Below, one piece after another: positions 36,633 through 48,089 of a stretch of 64,000 bases of DNA. Source of the DNA: Yuukianura sp. NJ FZ-2021 (Eukaryota); assembly GCA_046563655.1 (NCBI GenBank), contig CM102285.1, forward strand, positions 930,001 to 994,000. The letters are read 5' to 3'. A program made the position numbers and the translations under genes. Numbering within the stretch: the stretch's first letter is position 1; the number at the start of each line of letters is the position of its first letter. The notes under the pieces were generated by a model. The model did not search any database. It had not been told where the DNA came from and saw nothing but the letters and a program-made list of their open reading frames with translations.

Positions 36633-37119
36633 ATGAGCAAACTGTGGATCTACGCCGCGGCGGTGCTGGTAGTTGCTCTTGTACTTGGACAAGAAACTAC
36701 TGGATTTCGGTTTGGTCCACCGTTCGGAAATGGTGGTGGAAATGGTAACGGTGGGTTCGGAAACCAAGTTGAGCCGGACACTGGAATCATAACTAGAACA
36801 AGTAAATTTTGATTTCAAATTTTATTTTAAAAATTTCAACAACTGCTTTTTGAAAAAAAGTTACCCTTAATTTCCAAAATTTTGAACAGGGAGCTTCGAA
36901 AGTTGCGGACCGCTGCGACCACCTCCAGGCATCTACCAACAACGAATTTGTACGCCATGCTTCTTCGGAATTGCACGGATTTGCGCAATACGCGATACAC
37001 GCGTAGGAACATTCACGACGACTGTGGCGCCTCCAACCACCGGACCCACAGCCACCGGACCCACCGCCACCGGACCCACAGTCACCGGACCCACATCACC
37101 CGCTCCGCCTACACCTTGA
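36633..37119 (+). CDS. Secreted 4-Cys peptide, paralog 2; exons 36633-36801 and 36890-37119 (missed by the ORF track)
   Basis: MSKLWIYAAAVLVVALVLG-QETTGFRFGPPFGNGGGNGNGGFGNQVEPDTGIITRT|RSFESC-x14-CTPCFFGIARIC with a (TGPT)x4 tail. TATAAATA at 36511. Confidence 0.78.
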
Positions 37120-37804
37120 TGAAGAAACGTTTTTCCTTTAACGTTAAAGAAAAACTATTTCGTGGTCCAGACACCTTGGCTCCGCCTTAACAAAATTCAG
37201 CAACACGCGAAACTCATTTTGGTTTTCAAAAATTTGAAATTTTACACATTTGGATTTTCTTGTTACGTCAAGCAATGAGTTTCATAAAATGCGGTTCTGA
37301 CTATTTAAAAATTTAGTTAAAAACTGTATTGAAAATATACAAAAATGTTGTTGAAATTTTCAATAAATATAAAAAATTATCCTTTGCTGAATTTCTAAAA
37401 AGAATTCGTCATTTTCAAGAAACTTTTGATAAAATGTGTGAAAAAATCGGTTTGAAAAACAAAACCATAAAGTTTGGCCTTTGACATTTACTGAACTGTT
37501 TAAATTCAGACGTCAGTTGATAACCTTCTCGTCTTCTTGGAATTGAATCTGCTGAAAACTTAATCTTTTCTTAGAAGTCTGAGAATTCATACCCTAGTTA
37601 TTGAAGTGCTAGAATTGTATGCTTTAAGTCAAAGGTCAAGATTAAACCTAAACAGTGCACGTCAGTGGACTTTTTGGACCTGGTTTAGTCAGAATATAAA
37701 TAGAAAACATAAAGTTAACATTTAAAAAAACTGTGACTATTGGACCACAGAGGTTTTAACTCTTTTTTGAAATACGGAATTTTAAATTTCGAGAAAATTT
37801 CAAA

Positions 37805-38303
37805 ATGCTAAAAGTTGCACTAATCCTCTGCGTAGTCGGAATGTGCGGTGCGATTTCTAGGATTGACGCACATAGGAATTCTAGAAGCTCCCGCTATTCA
37901 TACCACCAAAGTCAAGTTCGAACTGAACCTGGGACTGGAATTCTTATAAATTCAAGTAATTTTTCAAAAATTCAAATTCTTAAAAAAATTTTGCAACTCC
38001 AGCTAAAGGACAAGCAAAAGTTTTGAAAAAAGTTGCTGTTTCAAAAATTGTTTGTGTTACATGTAATTTCGTTTAAGAAAACTAGAGGCTTGCACATCTT
38101 CAAGCGAAACTTCCCGCCCGACGCAGTTCCGTCGATCAGGAGTTGAAAAAGTTTGCAGTTTTTGCATCGACGGGATTGGTCGAATTTGTGTTGAGCGCCA
38201 AATCAGACCAAATTCAACTTCAACAACTACGCAGCAACATCTTACGACTGTTGAAACGACTACACGTGACCCCGAAGACGCCCCACTTCCAAACTTTTAC
38301 TAA
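37805..38303 (+). CDS. Secreted 4-Cys peptide, paralog 3; exons 37805-37955 and about 38086-38303
   Basis: Signal peptide, then EPGTGILINS|KAC-x20-CSFCIDGIGRIC and a Thr-rich tail. TATAAATA at 37695. Confidence 0.72.
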
Positions 38304-39526
38304 ACTTTTTTCTTAGCAAAAATTAAAACGCGTAAGTGTTAAATTCAATAATTTTGATGCAAATTTTAAAAGTAGGATTAAAAGTTTATTTGGATTTAGG
38401 AGTCCCGCCATTCACATTAAATTTTTTTTGAATAAATTCTAAATTTTTCCAAATACTTTGTATCTGACAAGCAATAGAATAATTATACTCTGGGAATGTT
38501 AATCTGTACATAAAAATGGCAATTTCAAATTGCCGTTTGGAGTTAACTTTTTCTTGACTTTAAAGCAGCATTCAACATCCGACGCTTCTTTCCAAAACTA
38601 AAAATTTCATCTTACAGGTTGTCTAAAATAAAAGTATTTTTCAACTTTAAAAAATTAGGTTGCAGAATAGTTAGCCTAACATAATGTTAACAAAAATCAC
38701 TGTAAATAGGTACAGAGGAAGGTAATTAGTCAGGTTAGTAATACAAGGTGAAACTTTACGTTTTAAGTTAATTTTGATAGGTTAGGTTAAAGATAGCTGT
38801 TATGTTTCAGGCGGAGGAAAGACTTTGAGTGTTTAGCTAGATTTGACTGTTGACCTTGACGTATAATCCACGAATTCACAATACAAAAATGGTTCCATTT
38901 TGAGAATTTCATAAACTAGGTTTTCTAAAATTCAATATTTCGAGAATTTCAAAAATTTGGTTTTCTAAAATCCAACATTTCTATCACCGCACCTCAGCTC
39001 CATCATTTCGCAAGCCAATCTCTGCTTCTTTTTACGAACAATCTTTGTACTGTTGGTTAGCATTAATTTATGCTAACATATTCCTTAACTTAACAATTAT
39101 ATTAATAGATTTAATACAAATTCATCATAGATTTAAATTTTAAGTCAAAATAGAATACATTCTAAAACTCTGACTGATCGGATATGCGACCAAAACATGT
39201 TAAAGTTTTAAAATTTTGAAAAGCACTACTAAATTTAAAAACACTTGATTAAAAACTGCCAAGATTAAGATCAAATTCTTTAAAATGAAAAATTAGCTGA
39301 AAAATTAAACACTGTTGTACTGAAAAGAATGATTTGGTTAATCACTTTGGATTTTCTATTGGCCCAACAGCTAAACTGCACATTTAAATGTTAAAGTTCA
39401 TAATTTTAGCAAAACAAAAAATATAAGTAAATCTTTGGACGATTTTGATTCTGAACTTACTTAAATTAACTGCAATTAACTTAACTTAACTAACCTGCAG
39501 TTTATAACTTATTAAGTGCACCTTGC

Positions 39527-42434
39527 TTATTCTGCCGCTTTCTTAGCTTTCTTCGCTGGAGGAGCACTGGAATTGTCGCTCAAAATTTGTGCAGTGTTGT
39601 CCCATGTTTTCCCTCCGGACGTTTTTAAGTCCTTCTGCAAAATCAAAATTTTGAAAAATGAAGCACAAATTCCAAAATTTTGAAAAATGGAGCACAAATT
39701 CCAATATTTCAAAAATATCTATTTTTTTGAAACAAACCTTGAGGATCTTTTCGGCACTAACGCGAATGGGAATATTCATGCCAATTGCTTTTGAAAATTC
39801 TGTACTCAGCGCAGCGTCGTTCATTCCATCCATCTCTGATACTGACTTTCCAGACAAAATCTCAACATTCTCACGGTACAAGGTGGTTTCCATTTGACCT
39901 GTCGCATCTTCAAAGGTCACCTGTAACACAAATTTCAAAAAAAAAAAAAATTCAAAATTTTTGCAAAAAATTTCTAAATTTTTTCAAAAGATTTTCAAAA
40001 TTTCAGAAAACATCTAAGCTACAAGCAGTTATGGTGTCCAAAACTTACGAAAAGTCGAGGAAATAATTCGTAGGCTTCGTTTTCATGTTTTTCCTTGCAC
40101 ACGTACTTTTTTCCTTTGCCTTTCAACTGGACCTAAAAATATGAATTAATCGATTAAATTCGCCTGGAATTAATCAGAAATCGATTAAATCAAGTCAATT
40201 AATCAAAGAATTAGTCATTTATAATTATTTACCTTTCTAGTGCACAAGTAATTCCCTTCTTTGGTTGGACATCCTTCGTAAAATAAATCACTTTTATCAT
40301 TGTAGTTGATCTTCTTCACAACAGCATCCAAGTTGACAAAAGTAAATCCCGTGATTCTAACAGAAGTTTTTTGCTTGTCTTCTGCTTCATGGAAGGTCAT
40401 GACCTTCGCATGTTGAGCTTTGGCTAAACCATTCTTTGGTCGAAACGGAGAACCAGCGGGAACACAAGTATTGAACACCTTGGATGCATCCGGTTTCACA
40501 TCTCCACTTCCAGATTCCGGTTTTGGTGTACTTGTCCCCGATGAACTGCCTTCCTTCTCTTTACTTTTGTAGACCAAAGTCGCTGCAAAAGTTGGAAAGT
40601 GTGAAAAAATACTTCCCAAGTATCAGCAATATTTCAAAGTCAAAGTGGTTAGTTCGAAAATTTTACCTGTAAGTGATGGACCGGGAGTAACAACTTTAGT
40701 TGCACCTTTCGATTTGACTTTCCCGGGATAAACTTTCTTGATCCCGGGTTTTTTCTCTTTTTTGATTCCACTTTTATCTAAAAACGAAAGAAGAAACTTC
40801 AAATTTCTGAAAAATAATACAAAACAGGAAAGAGTTTTGAGAAGTTTCAAATAAAATTGAATTGTCGTACCACCAGCAGCAGATTTTGGAGTCGTTGCCT
40901 TCTTAGCCGATTTGGGAGTTCGTGCTGGAAAAAAAACGAAAGTTAGGTATCATGCTTATTATTAGAGGAAAATTTTTAATTTTTACTTACTTTTAGCAAC
41001 CGGAGCTGGAGCAGGCGAATTAGCATTCGGATTGAAATCGAAGATGTCAGCCGCTAACGAGTCAAAAGCCGCTTCAACGCTGGACTTCAGCTGTGGCCCG
41101 TTTTCTTTTGGCCTTGACCTTGCTCTTGATGAAGGTGCCAACTTTTTTAGTGCTTTTCCAGCCTTATTTGCAGATTTCGATGATACTTTACGTGCCGTTG
41201 TACTCTTGATGACGGACGGTTGAGTCATAGCAGTGGTGCCAAGGTTTTGAAGCATTTGGGTATGAGTTGTTGTAGTGTTGGCGAAAGGGAAAGAAATTGG
41301 CAAGGACGTGATGATCGGTCCATTTCTAATGACACTCGCTCCACCACCTCCATTTCCTCCACTTCCAAGCGGTTCAACGGAGTTGACTTGATTCTGACCA
41401 GAAGGAACCGAATGGAAGAAGGGAGGAACGGCATGGAATTGAAGTTGGTTGGATGACTGGGCAGGAAAAGCTACTGATCCAGACCTGGGTTTTGCAGCGA
41501 TTGACGCTGACGGTGGCACTTTTGGTTTTCCGGTAGACTGGATCAGCGGTAGTCCTCCATTTCCAGCTTACAAAGTTATAGCAATCGTTAATTAGTTAGT
41601 TACACCACAATTGAAATTAACTGTTTTTGGCTCTTCTTACCTTCAGCCTCCTTCTTCAGAACCTTAGCAAACTGCTTACTGGCGTCGCAATTCTTGACTC
41701 CTTCCAGGAAAGTTTCAAATGCAACTGGAGTTGGACTGAAAAATGTAAAAAAACAGAATTTAGGCAAAACGTAAACGTCCCGAATTGATTGTGCTGTTAA
41801 GTTTTGTTGGAAAGATGAATATCAGTTTATGATTAATTGCAAATTCTTATCTTACTTCCTACGGTAGATTTTTGCAAACACGTGGAAGTTACTACACTAT
41901 TTCAAGTATATCAACATGTGATATCATCGTATCCCATGTGCTATTGTACCGACCGACCATGAGAGTTGTTCGATTGACCTACTTTTGCCTTCTCACTCTC
42001 GTGCCACACTGAAAGGTGTCTTACGCACAGCCCATAGTTTACAGACTGAGAATGGGATACATACGGTAATGACCAAAACATAAACAATGATACGTGGATG
42101 ATGTAATTACCTAACAATAATAAGTAACTAGACGAGTCCAATTGCTAATTAACATGTTAATCATGCATTAAGTTTAACCTAATTAAAATTAGTGAAATTA
42201 GCAAACTTACACTTCATCGATAAAGTCGAGTAGGGAGTCCATGCGAGCAGTATTGGCTGCCCTGGCTTCCTGGATGTTCTGGGTCAAGCTTTTGATTTCC
42301 TTGTGCTTCTCCATGGGCAAAATCCGTTTAGAAATTAATGGAGCTGACACGGTATAGTAGTCACACAGTTTGAGTATTTTGACACGATTGTTCAGCAGTG
42401 TATTTTGAATACTCGTAGCCACTTGGGCATCCAT
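39527..42434 (-). CDS. CARD-like domain, low-complexity linker and RPA70 DBD-C-like Zn-ribbon OB fold (about 594 aa); exons 42434-42211, 41735-41641, 41566-40991, 40924-40871, 40777-40667, 40582-40233, 40132-40049, 39920-39738, 39634-39527
   Basis: All eight GT-AG junctions are phase-compatible (1785 nt). The C-terminus FYEGCPT....CTRKV....YVCKEKH....LFVTFEDATG....LY.E..E.L.G matches RPA1-C. The N-terminus MDA..LLNNR..I....V...LISKRIL....EI....RMDSLLDFI....AFETFL fits a CARD/death-fold pattern. Confidence 0.8.
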
Positions 42435-44074
42435 CTTGAATTAGTTGTTCAATTACTTCTCGATTACACCCAAAAAGCACCAGACGCAGCTTATTGTCTA
42501 AAACCAAAAAAAAAGTCGGATCAAAACAAAATCACTGAAAAATCACCACAATCTAACAACTTATTGTCAATGAACAAACCTTTATGTCAATCGAACTCCC
42601 ACAAACGATACCCAAAGTGACACGACACGATGACGTTGATGACGAACACGGTCCAAAAACTTGTGTAGTAAGTTTGTATCTCCGAATTGGATCTTCTGGA
42701 TGAGGAATGAATGAGACTGGTCCACAGCGTTGTTTATGACGAAGTGCGCCTAATTTCTATGGGCAGAGATAGGGTGAGGAGTACAGAGCGCCAAAGGAAC
42801 TTGGACATGGCGGGACACCATTGCCAGGATTTCGCACATCTCCCAACGGTTCCTCTTCCAAGATCTAAAAAGAGTCCAATACTTTAGATATACTTCGGAG
42901 TAGAGTGTATGTACTTGTTTGTACTATGTCCTTACCTCCTACAACAGTAAGCCCCTCTTCAGCAAGTCCCTCCATGCTGGGTAGTGGCAGAGTCCTAATG
43001 CACAGAGTCCATAAGGCCCTCCACTTCTCCGCCACTCAAAAAGTCACACCTCGCTAAAAAGTGGATGAGCAACACCTCTCCCTGCCTCCTCTTCTTGTGT
43101 CCATGGACTCGTCATGTCCATGGGAACATTGGTTTTTGTTTAGGCAAAGTTACACTAAACGCAGTTACCAACATACAGTAGCAACGAGATGTAAAAAAAA
43201 GTTGCAAAATTGCTAAAATTATGAGTTGGGGAAGAAACAAGGGGAGGAAAATGGCGAATTTAATTTGCAAACGGGAGATGCTGACATGACGCTAGTAAAC
43301 CACTTGACTTCTACTCGTTTTGTTCTTGATGTTCCTTCACACTATTGTTTATGTTATACTAACTGGACATTACAAGGCTCAAAGTGCCAAATAATCTCCA
43401 AAATGACTGTCAATTTGCAATATACAAATTCCAACAGAAGTAAAGTTCATTTCCAATTTAGTACAACACGAAACGTGCAATTTTATAACTTCCATTCCAC
43501 AACTTCGATTTGCATTTATTCAACTTGTTCATCATAAAAAATAAAGTGAACCAGGAAGTAAAATGCATTTTTCCAACTGGAAAATCTGCGGAGATAGGCA
43601 CAATTTGTTTGAAAATGGCCTTGAAACAATAATTGCAACTTTCAATGTGAAACTGTATTAATATTTTAATGGAGTAAACTAATTTAGTAGTTAACATTCG
43701 CTTCATTATATTTTTTTTTAAATTAGTGACATTTTTATTCTGCACGTTGGTGAGCATGAATGATAAAATAAAATATGTGCCTTACCAAAATTGTCGGCCA
43801 TACTTTTGAGTGTCAATTGCTACTAGTTTCAGAAATTCAGGTTAATACATCAGCAACGGAGACATTTTTCATAGTTACTCTAATACAACAAATTTTTAAC
43901 TCTAATTTTAACTACACAATTTTGTCAAGTTTATCTGCATCTCCGCTAGTAAACTATTTACATGTGAAAGTCAAAAATTCAGTTTAAACCACTTTGGTTA
44001 AATGTTGAAAAATTCTGTATACAAAAATTTGGAACATTTTTGTAAAGAGTTTGTAATTTGTTTTAAGGTTAGGT

Positions 44075-47000
44075 TTACACAAGTTGTTCGACTTCAATTA
44101 AGCCCGGTTCACTGATCCACCATTTGATTTCGAAAAACTCTTGCAGTTGAGTTACATTCGGTAGCTCCTGTTTCTATGAAAATTGGTTTTCGTTGGTAAT
44201 TTGAATTACCATATATTAGTTATAATATAATATGTTATTTGCATATTTTATAACAATAGTTTCAATAAATTGCACTTTGGTTTTGAATGGCACAAATGGA
44301 CACTTACTTTTAGGGTTTCGCCATACTGTCGAATAGTTTTTCTTGTTCTACCTAAATTCAAAACAGAGTCAAAGCCATCAAGGCAAAAACTAACCAATTG
44401 GTTAGTTAGTATTTTGTTTGTTAACAAACAAAATGGCGGATACAAGCTACATGGAAAAGTCGTCCGAAGAGTAATGACAATATTGACTTACCACTCCTAA
44501 GCGTCTTACGTGGAATCATATACCATAGGTACACAGACTTCAACTGCGACAGCGCAGAAGCCTTGGCACTTCTGAGCAATCTTGATATAACCTCCTCACT
44601 TCCATCCAAACACCAGTATTCTAGTCGTTCCAGGTCTGAAAATACATAGAGTAAAAGCATACTATATGCTTTTATAAATATATATAAATTATTATACATT
44701 TATTATAATAATATAATATATGTACAGTGTTGTTCACGAAAAAGTAGACACCCCAAAATCATTTCCATGCCATTTCTTGTAAAATTTGCAATTTGTGTGG
44801 GGAAATTGAGACCACCAAACAAAAAACGTTTGAAAGAAATTATATTGGGCAGGTTATTTTTTTGAATTTTGATACTCATAGCCCCCCAGAATTTTGAAAA
44901 TAAACAAACTTTTGAGTTTGTTGGTGTCTACTTTTTCGTGAACAGCACTATATACTGATTGATATATACGTAAATGGTGTAAATGTATCATACATTTAAA
45001 CGAAGGTTGTTATAGCTCCCATTTGTACAAATACGCTAACAGTTTATACCATAACTCCGATTTTTTTTAAAACACGATAAAAAAAACTTTAGTAACAATT
45101 TTTTTTTATTTTCACAATTATTTTTTGAACCTTTTTTAATTTCCGCGTTTCTGAATGATAGTTTTGATTTCAATTACTAACGCAACGTAGCCGCGTCGGA
45201 TATGACATTCAAAAAATTTTAAAATTTGAAAAAAGGAGTTATGTTATAACCTGTTAGGAAAAACATACAAAATTTCGATTTAAACAACCTTGATTTACAA
45301 GGCTCAACAAAGACACACTTCTTCTGTATAGCGTAAGGTTAAGGAAAAGTTTTCCGTTGGCAAGACACCTTGATTCACAAAAACAATGATGACATAGTAT
45401 GCGTTATTTCGAAATTAACAAGTATTCACTACGTAAATTGAAACTTACTCTTAAATGACACGACGTCAGGTTTCCCTCCACACTCCAAGTCAAAGTCATG
45501 ATCTTCAGCAGTACGGCCCCCAATATACATGCCGACAGCATCACCAAGTACAAGGTAACTAACTTTTGGAAAGTGGTTGAGTAAACCAAGCAGAGTTGGT
45601 GTAACTTCACGGTACACCTTCAGCATCGTGACGTTTGGGAATAGTTTGTGGTAAGGTAAAAGTATATATGTATCATACAGTCCAGTATTCACACGCAGAA
45701 CCAATTCTACGACATTGGGGTAGATGTTGGACAGTTCCGCTGGGAAATCCAGAATAGAAACGTTAGAAACTCCACTTAGCATCACGCGCCTCAGGCGCGG
45801 AAGTTTTGTTGGGCTCAAGACTTTCAAGGGGTTTTCCAACCACGTGAGTGGTGAAGTATATAGTGTTTTCACGCGCGGGAAAACATGATTCGTGATTTCG
45901 CCTAAGTCAAATTCCGTTAGTGCTTCAAAATTTCGGATTTGGTCGGTCCACAAACGGCGTAATGTTTCATCCTCCCAAAAAAATGATCTTATTTCACGTC
46001 GGTATGTTCGAGCGTTTGCTGAAACGCACTTCTCGATGTAGCGTTGATCATCTTTCTTTTGAGTATTATACTCAAGCTCTATTAACTTTTTTCCAAAGCC
46101 AGCCAACTTGGAGTCAGACGGAGAATTAATGTATCTTCGCGAAACAAATTCCAATACAGGAGCTTTTCCTATTAAGGCTCCAATCCATTCGTGGATGCTG
46201 AAAACCACAGAAAAATGATTCTCTCAGTTCTACACTCAATTTGGACATTCATGATTTGAAAGAACAATACAAGAACTTTAAAACATTAGGAAAACCGTGC
46301 TACTTAAATATTACAAAGCATTATTCAGGCTACACCAGAACCCCAAATTGGGAAACTTTTTTTCTCTCACCTGACACGAGGATACCGTAAACGCTAACTT
46401 TTTATGGGGTTTTGCAATATACAGAAATGAGCTCAAGGCGCTTTGGGTAGTCCGATTTGTACTGTACTCAGAAAGTTTACGGTAGGCGCGAAAATGTTTT
46501 AATCCAACCAACCAATCAGAGTGAGTTTCCTAATTTGGAGTTCTGGTGTATATAGATCAGAAATTAACTTACTTGCCACCAAATACGTCCAAAATCGTTA
46601 ATTTGGGCAGTGCTGGAACTGGGATTTCCATTAGCGATATTTCTTTGTACCAGTCCCCAAATGTAATTTGGAGTACTTCCAATGTACTTGCCACTAAATG
46701 CAGAAGAGTGCTGATTCGCATGTGCGACTCCTGATCACTCAATGGTTGAAATGGTCCATAGTATACTATGTTGGCATAAATGTCGGTGCTCCGTTCTACA
46801 TCAATGCTTAGTTCCACCATTGCAGAGGCATAGAGAGTTCCAAGGTCATTGACCTCAGCATCCGATCCAATGTACACATTCCATAGAAATCGGGGAAACG
46901 GAATTGGCACTTCCGCTTCAGAGAATGTGGACAGGAACAGACGCAGTTTTTCATCCGACTCCAGTTGGACGTAGTGGAGGGAATTTATGAAATGTGGATT

Positions 47001-47217
47001 TCGAAATTGAAGGAATATTTGGTTGAATGTGGAGCAAACGAGTCGCATGGAACAAGAGTCTTGTACATTCAGATATTTGAAAACATGCTCCAAAACCTGT
47101 TAAAAACAATGAATTAGTTGAACAATTGGAGTAAAATTAGTTGAACAAACTGGAGTAAACCTTGTTTTTTTTTAATCAATAGTGGCTAGTTTTTACCAAA
47201 TCCGGCAACTTGTCCAT
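44075..47217 (-). CDS. F-box/LRR-like protein, paralog B
   Basis: MDKLPDL|VLEHVFKYLNVQDSCSMRLVCSTFNQI, followed by exons homologous to paralogs A, C and D, ending WISEPGLIEVEQLV*. Confidence 0.85.
44725..44950. mobile_element. Tc1/mariner-type MITE in an F-box B intron
   Basis: TA|CAGTGTTGTTCACGAAAAAGTAGACACC ... GGTGTCTACTTTTTCGTGAACAGCACTA|TA: 28-bp TIR with TA flanks. Confidence 0.85.
45002..45292. mobile_element. CAAGG-ended MITE (inverse orientation relative to 61278-61538)
   Basis: AAGGTTGTTATAGCTCCCATTTGTACAAATACGC is the reverse complement of 61504-61537. Internal TAACAG..CCATAACTCC / GGAGTTAT..AACCTGTTA inverted arms. Confidence 0.75.
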
Positions 47218-48089
47218 TTTCAAATGTTGTCTAGAAATTTCAAGATACTTTGCAATAGCTGTGTGACTTGTAAACGGATTCAAACTTTTCTAAAGTTTCA
47301 ACTGCACATTTTTTCTTTTACTGTAGCGGTTCATGCTCAAATGGACCTTCGTTTCCTATTTTGAGAAGTAGGAAAACGGTTTTGTTCAAACCAAAGGGAA
47401 ATTTTAAAAATAGTGCCTTAAGTTAACAATGCTGAGGTCCTTTCTGGTGATTCCGATTGTAAAGGCAGAACTTTTTTCCGGTTTCTGTTTTGTTGTAATT
47501 TAATTTGCTATAAGTAAGTATAACATTATACTTTTATCGTCTCTGCTTATGATGTACTTTTACCGCTGAAAATATAATGCCGATGTAAACACACTTCAAC
47601 ATTACTTCTTTCTTTCTTTGTGTGTTTTGTTTTGAAGTAATGGCATGGACTCGTTTGCACAAATTTTGAAATAGCATAACCATCGTTGCTGGAATTGTAC
47701 ACAAAGAACGGTGAAATATGTTTCAATGGCTCAAAAATTGTAAATCCTGCGTGTAAAATTTATTCACAACCAGTTTAAATATTAAAACATATTTTTTAAA
47801 AAGCGAGATGTCAGGCGGCAAAACTTGATTGATGTAATTCTACATTACTGTTTTCTATGTGTTGAAACCAATTGCACTTTATCGTCCATTAAAAGATAAC
47901 CTTTGGTGAGTGACACCGCCATCAGCGCATTTTGGCGGTCGCCAGTTTGATCAGTTTTTCGAATCAATTGACTTTTAAAGACCAAGTTAACCTAGTTTTA
48001 ACTGAGTTAAAATTAACACAATCAACATATTTTACAGCTTCAACGTTACGACCCAGCTTTTGCTTTTGATTTTCATTACAACAAGGTGG

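Noticed and set aside
36882-37190. His/Arg-rich ORF (HRTHSHRT repeats) as a metal-binding peptide
   Set aside because: It is an alternative frame of peptide paralog 2 exon 2. The TGPT frame joins the signal-peptide exon and conserves the Cys motif.
38897-39715. Short tandem duplications (about 41 bp at 38897-38980 and 29 bp at 39652-39715)
   Set aside because: Two-copy AT-rich slippage repeats in intergenic or intronic DNA with no further structure.
39527-40619. Canonical RPA1 or a Helitron-borne RPA
   Set aside because: DBD-F/A/B are missing and no Rep/helicase ORF is nearby. The upstream exons encode an unrelated CARD-like domain.
42620-43130. Extra coding exons upstream of the CARD-OB gene
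   Set aside because: The region is GC-richer with splice-like signals, but I could not build an open frame joined to 42434. It is more likely 5' UTR or a degraded fragment.
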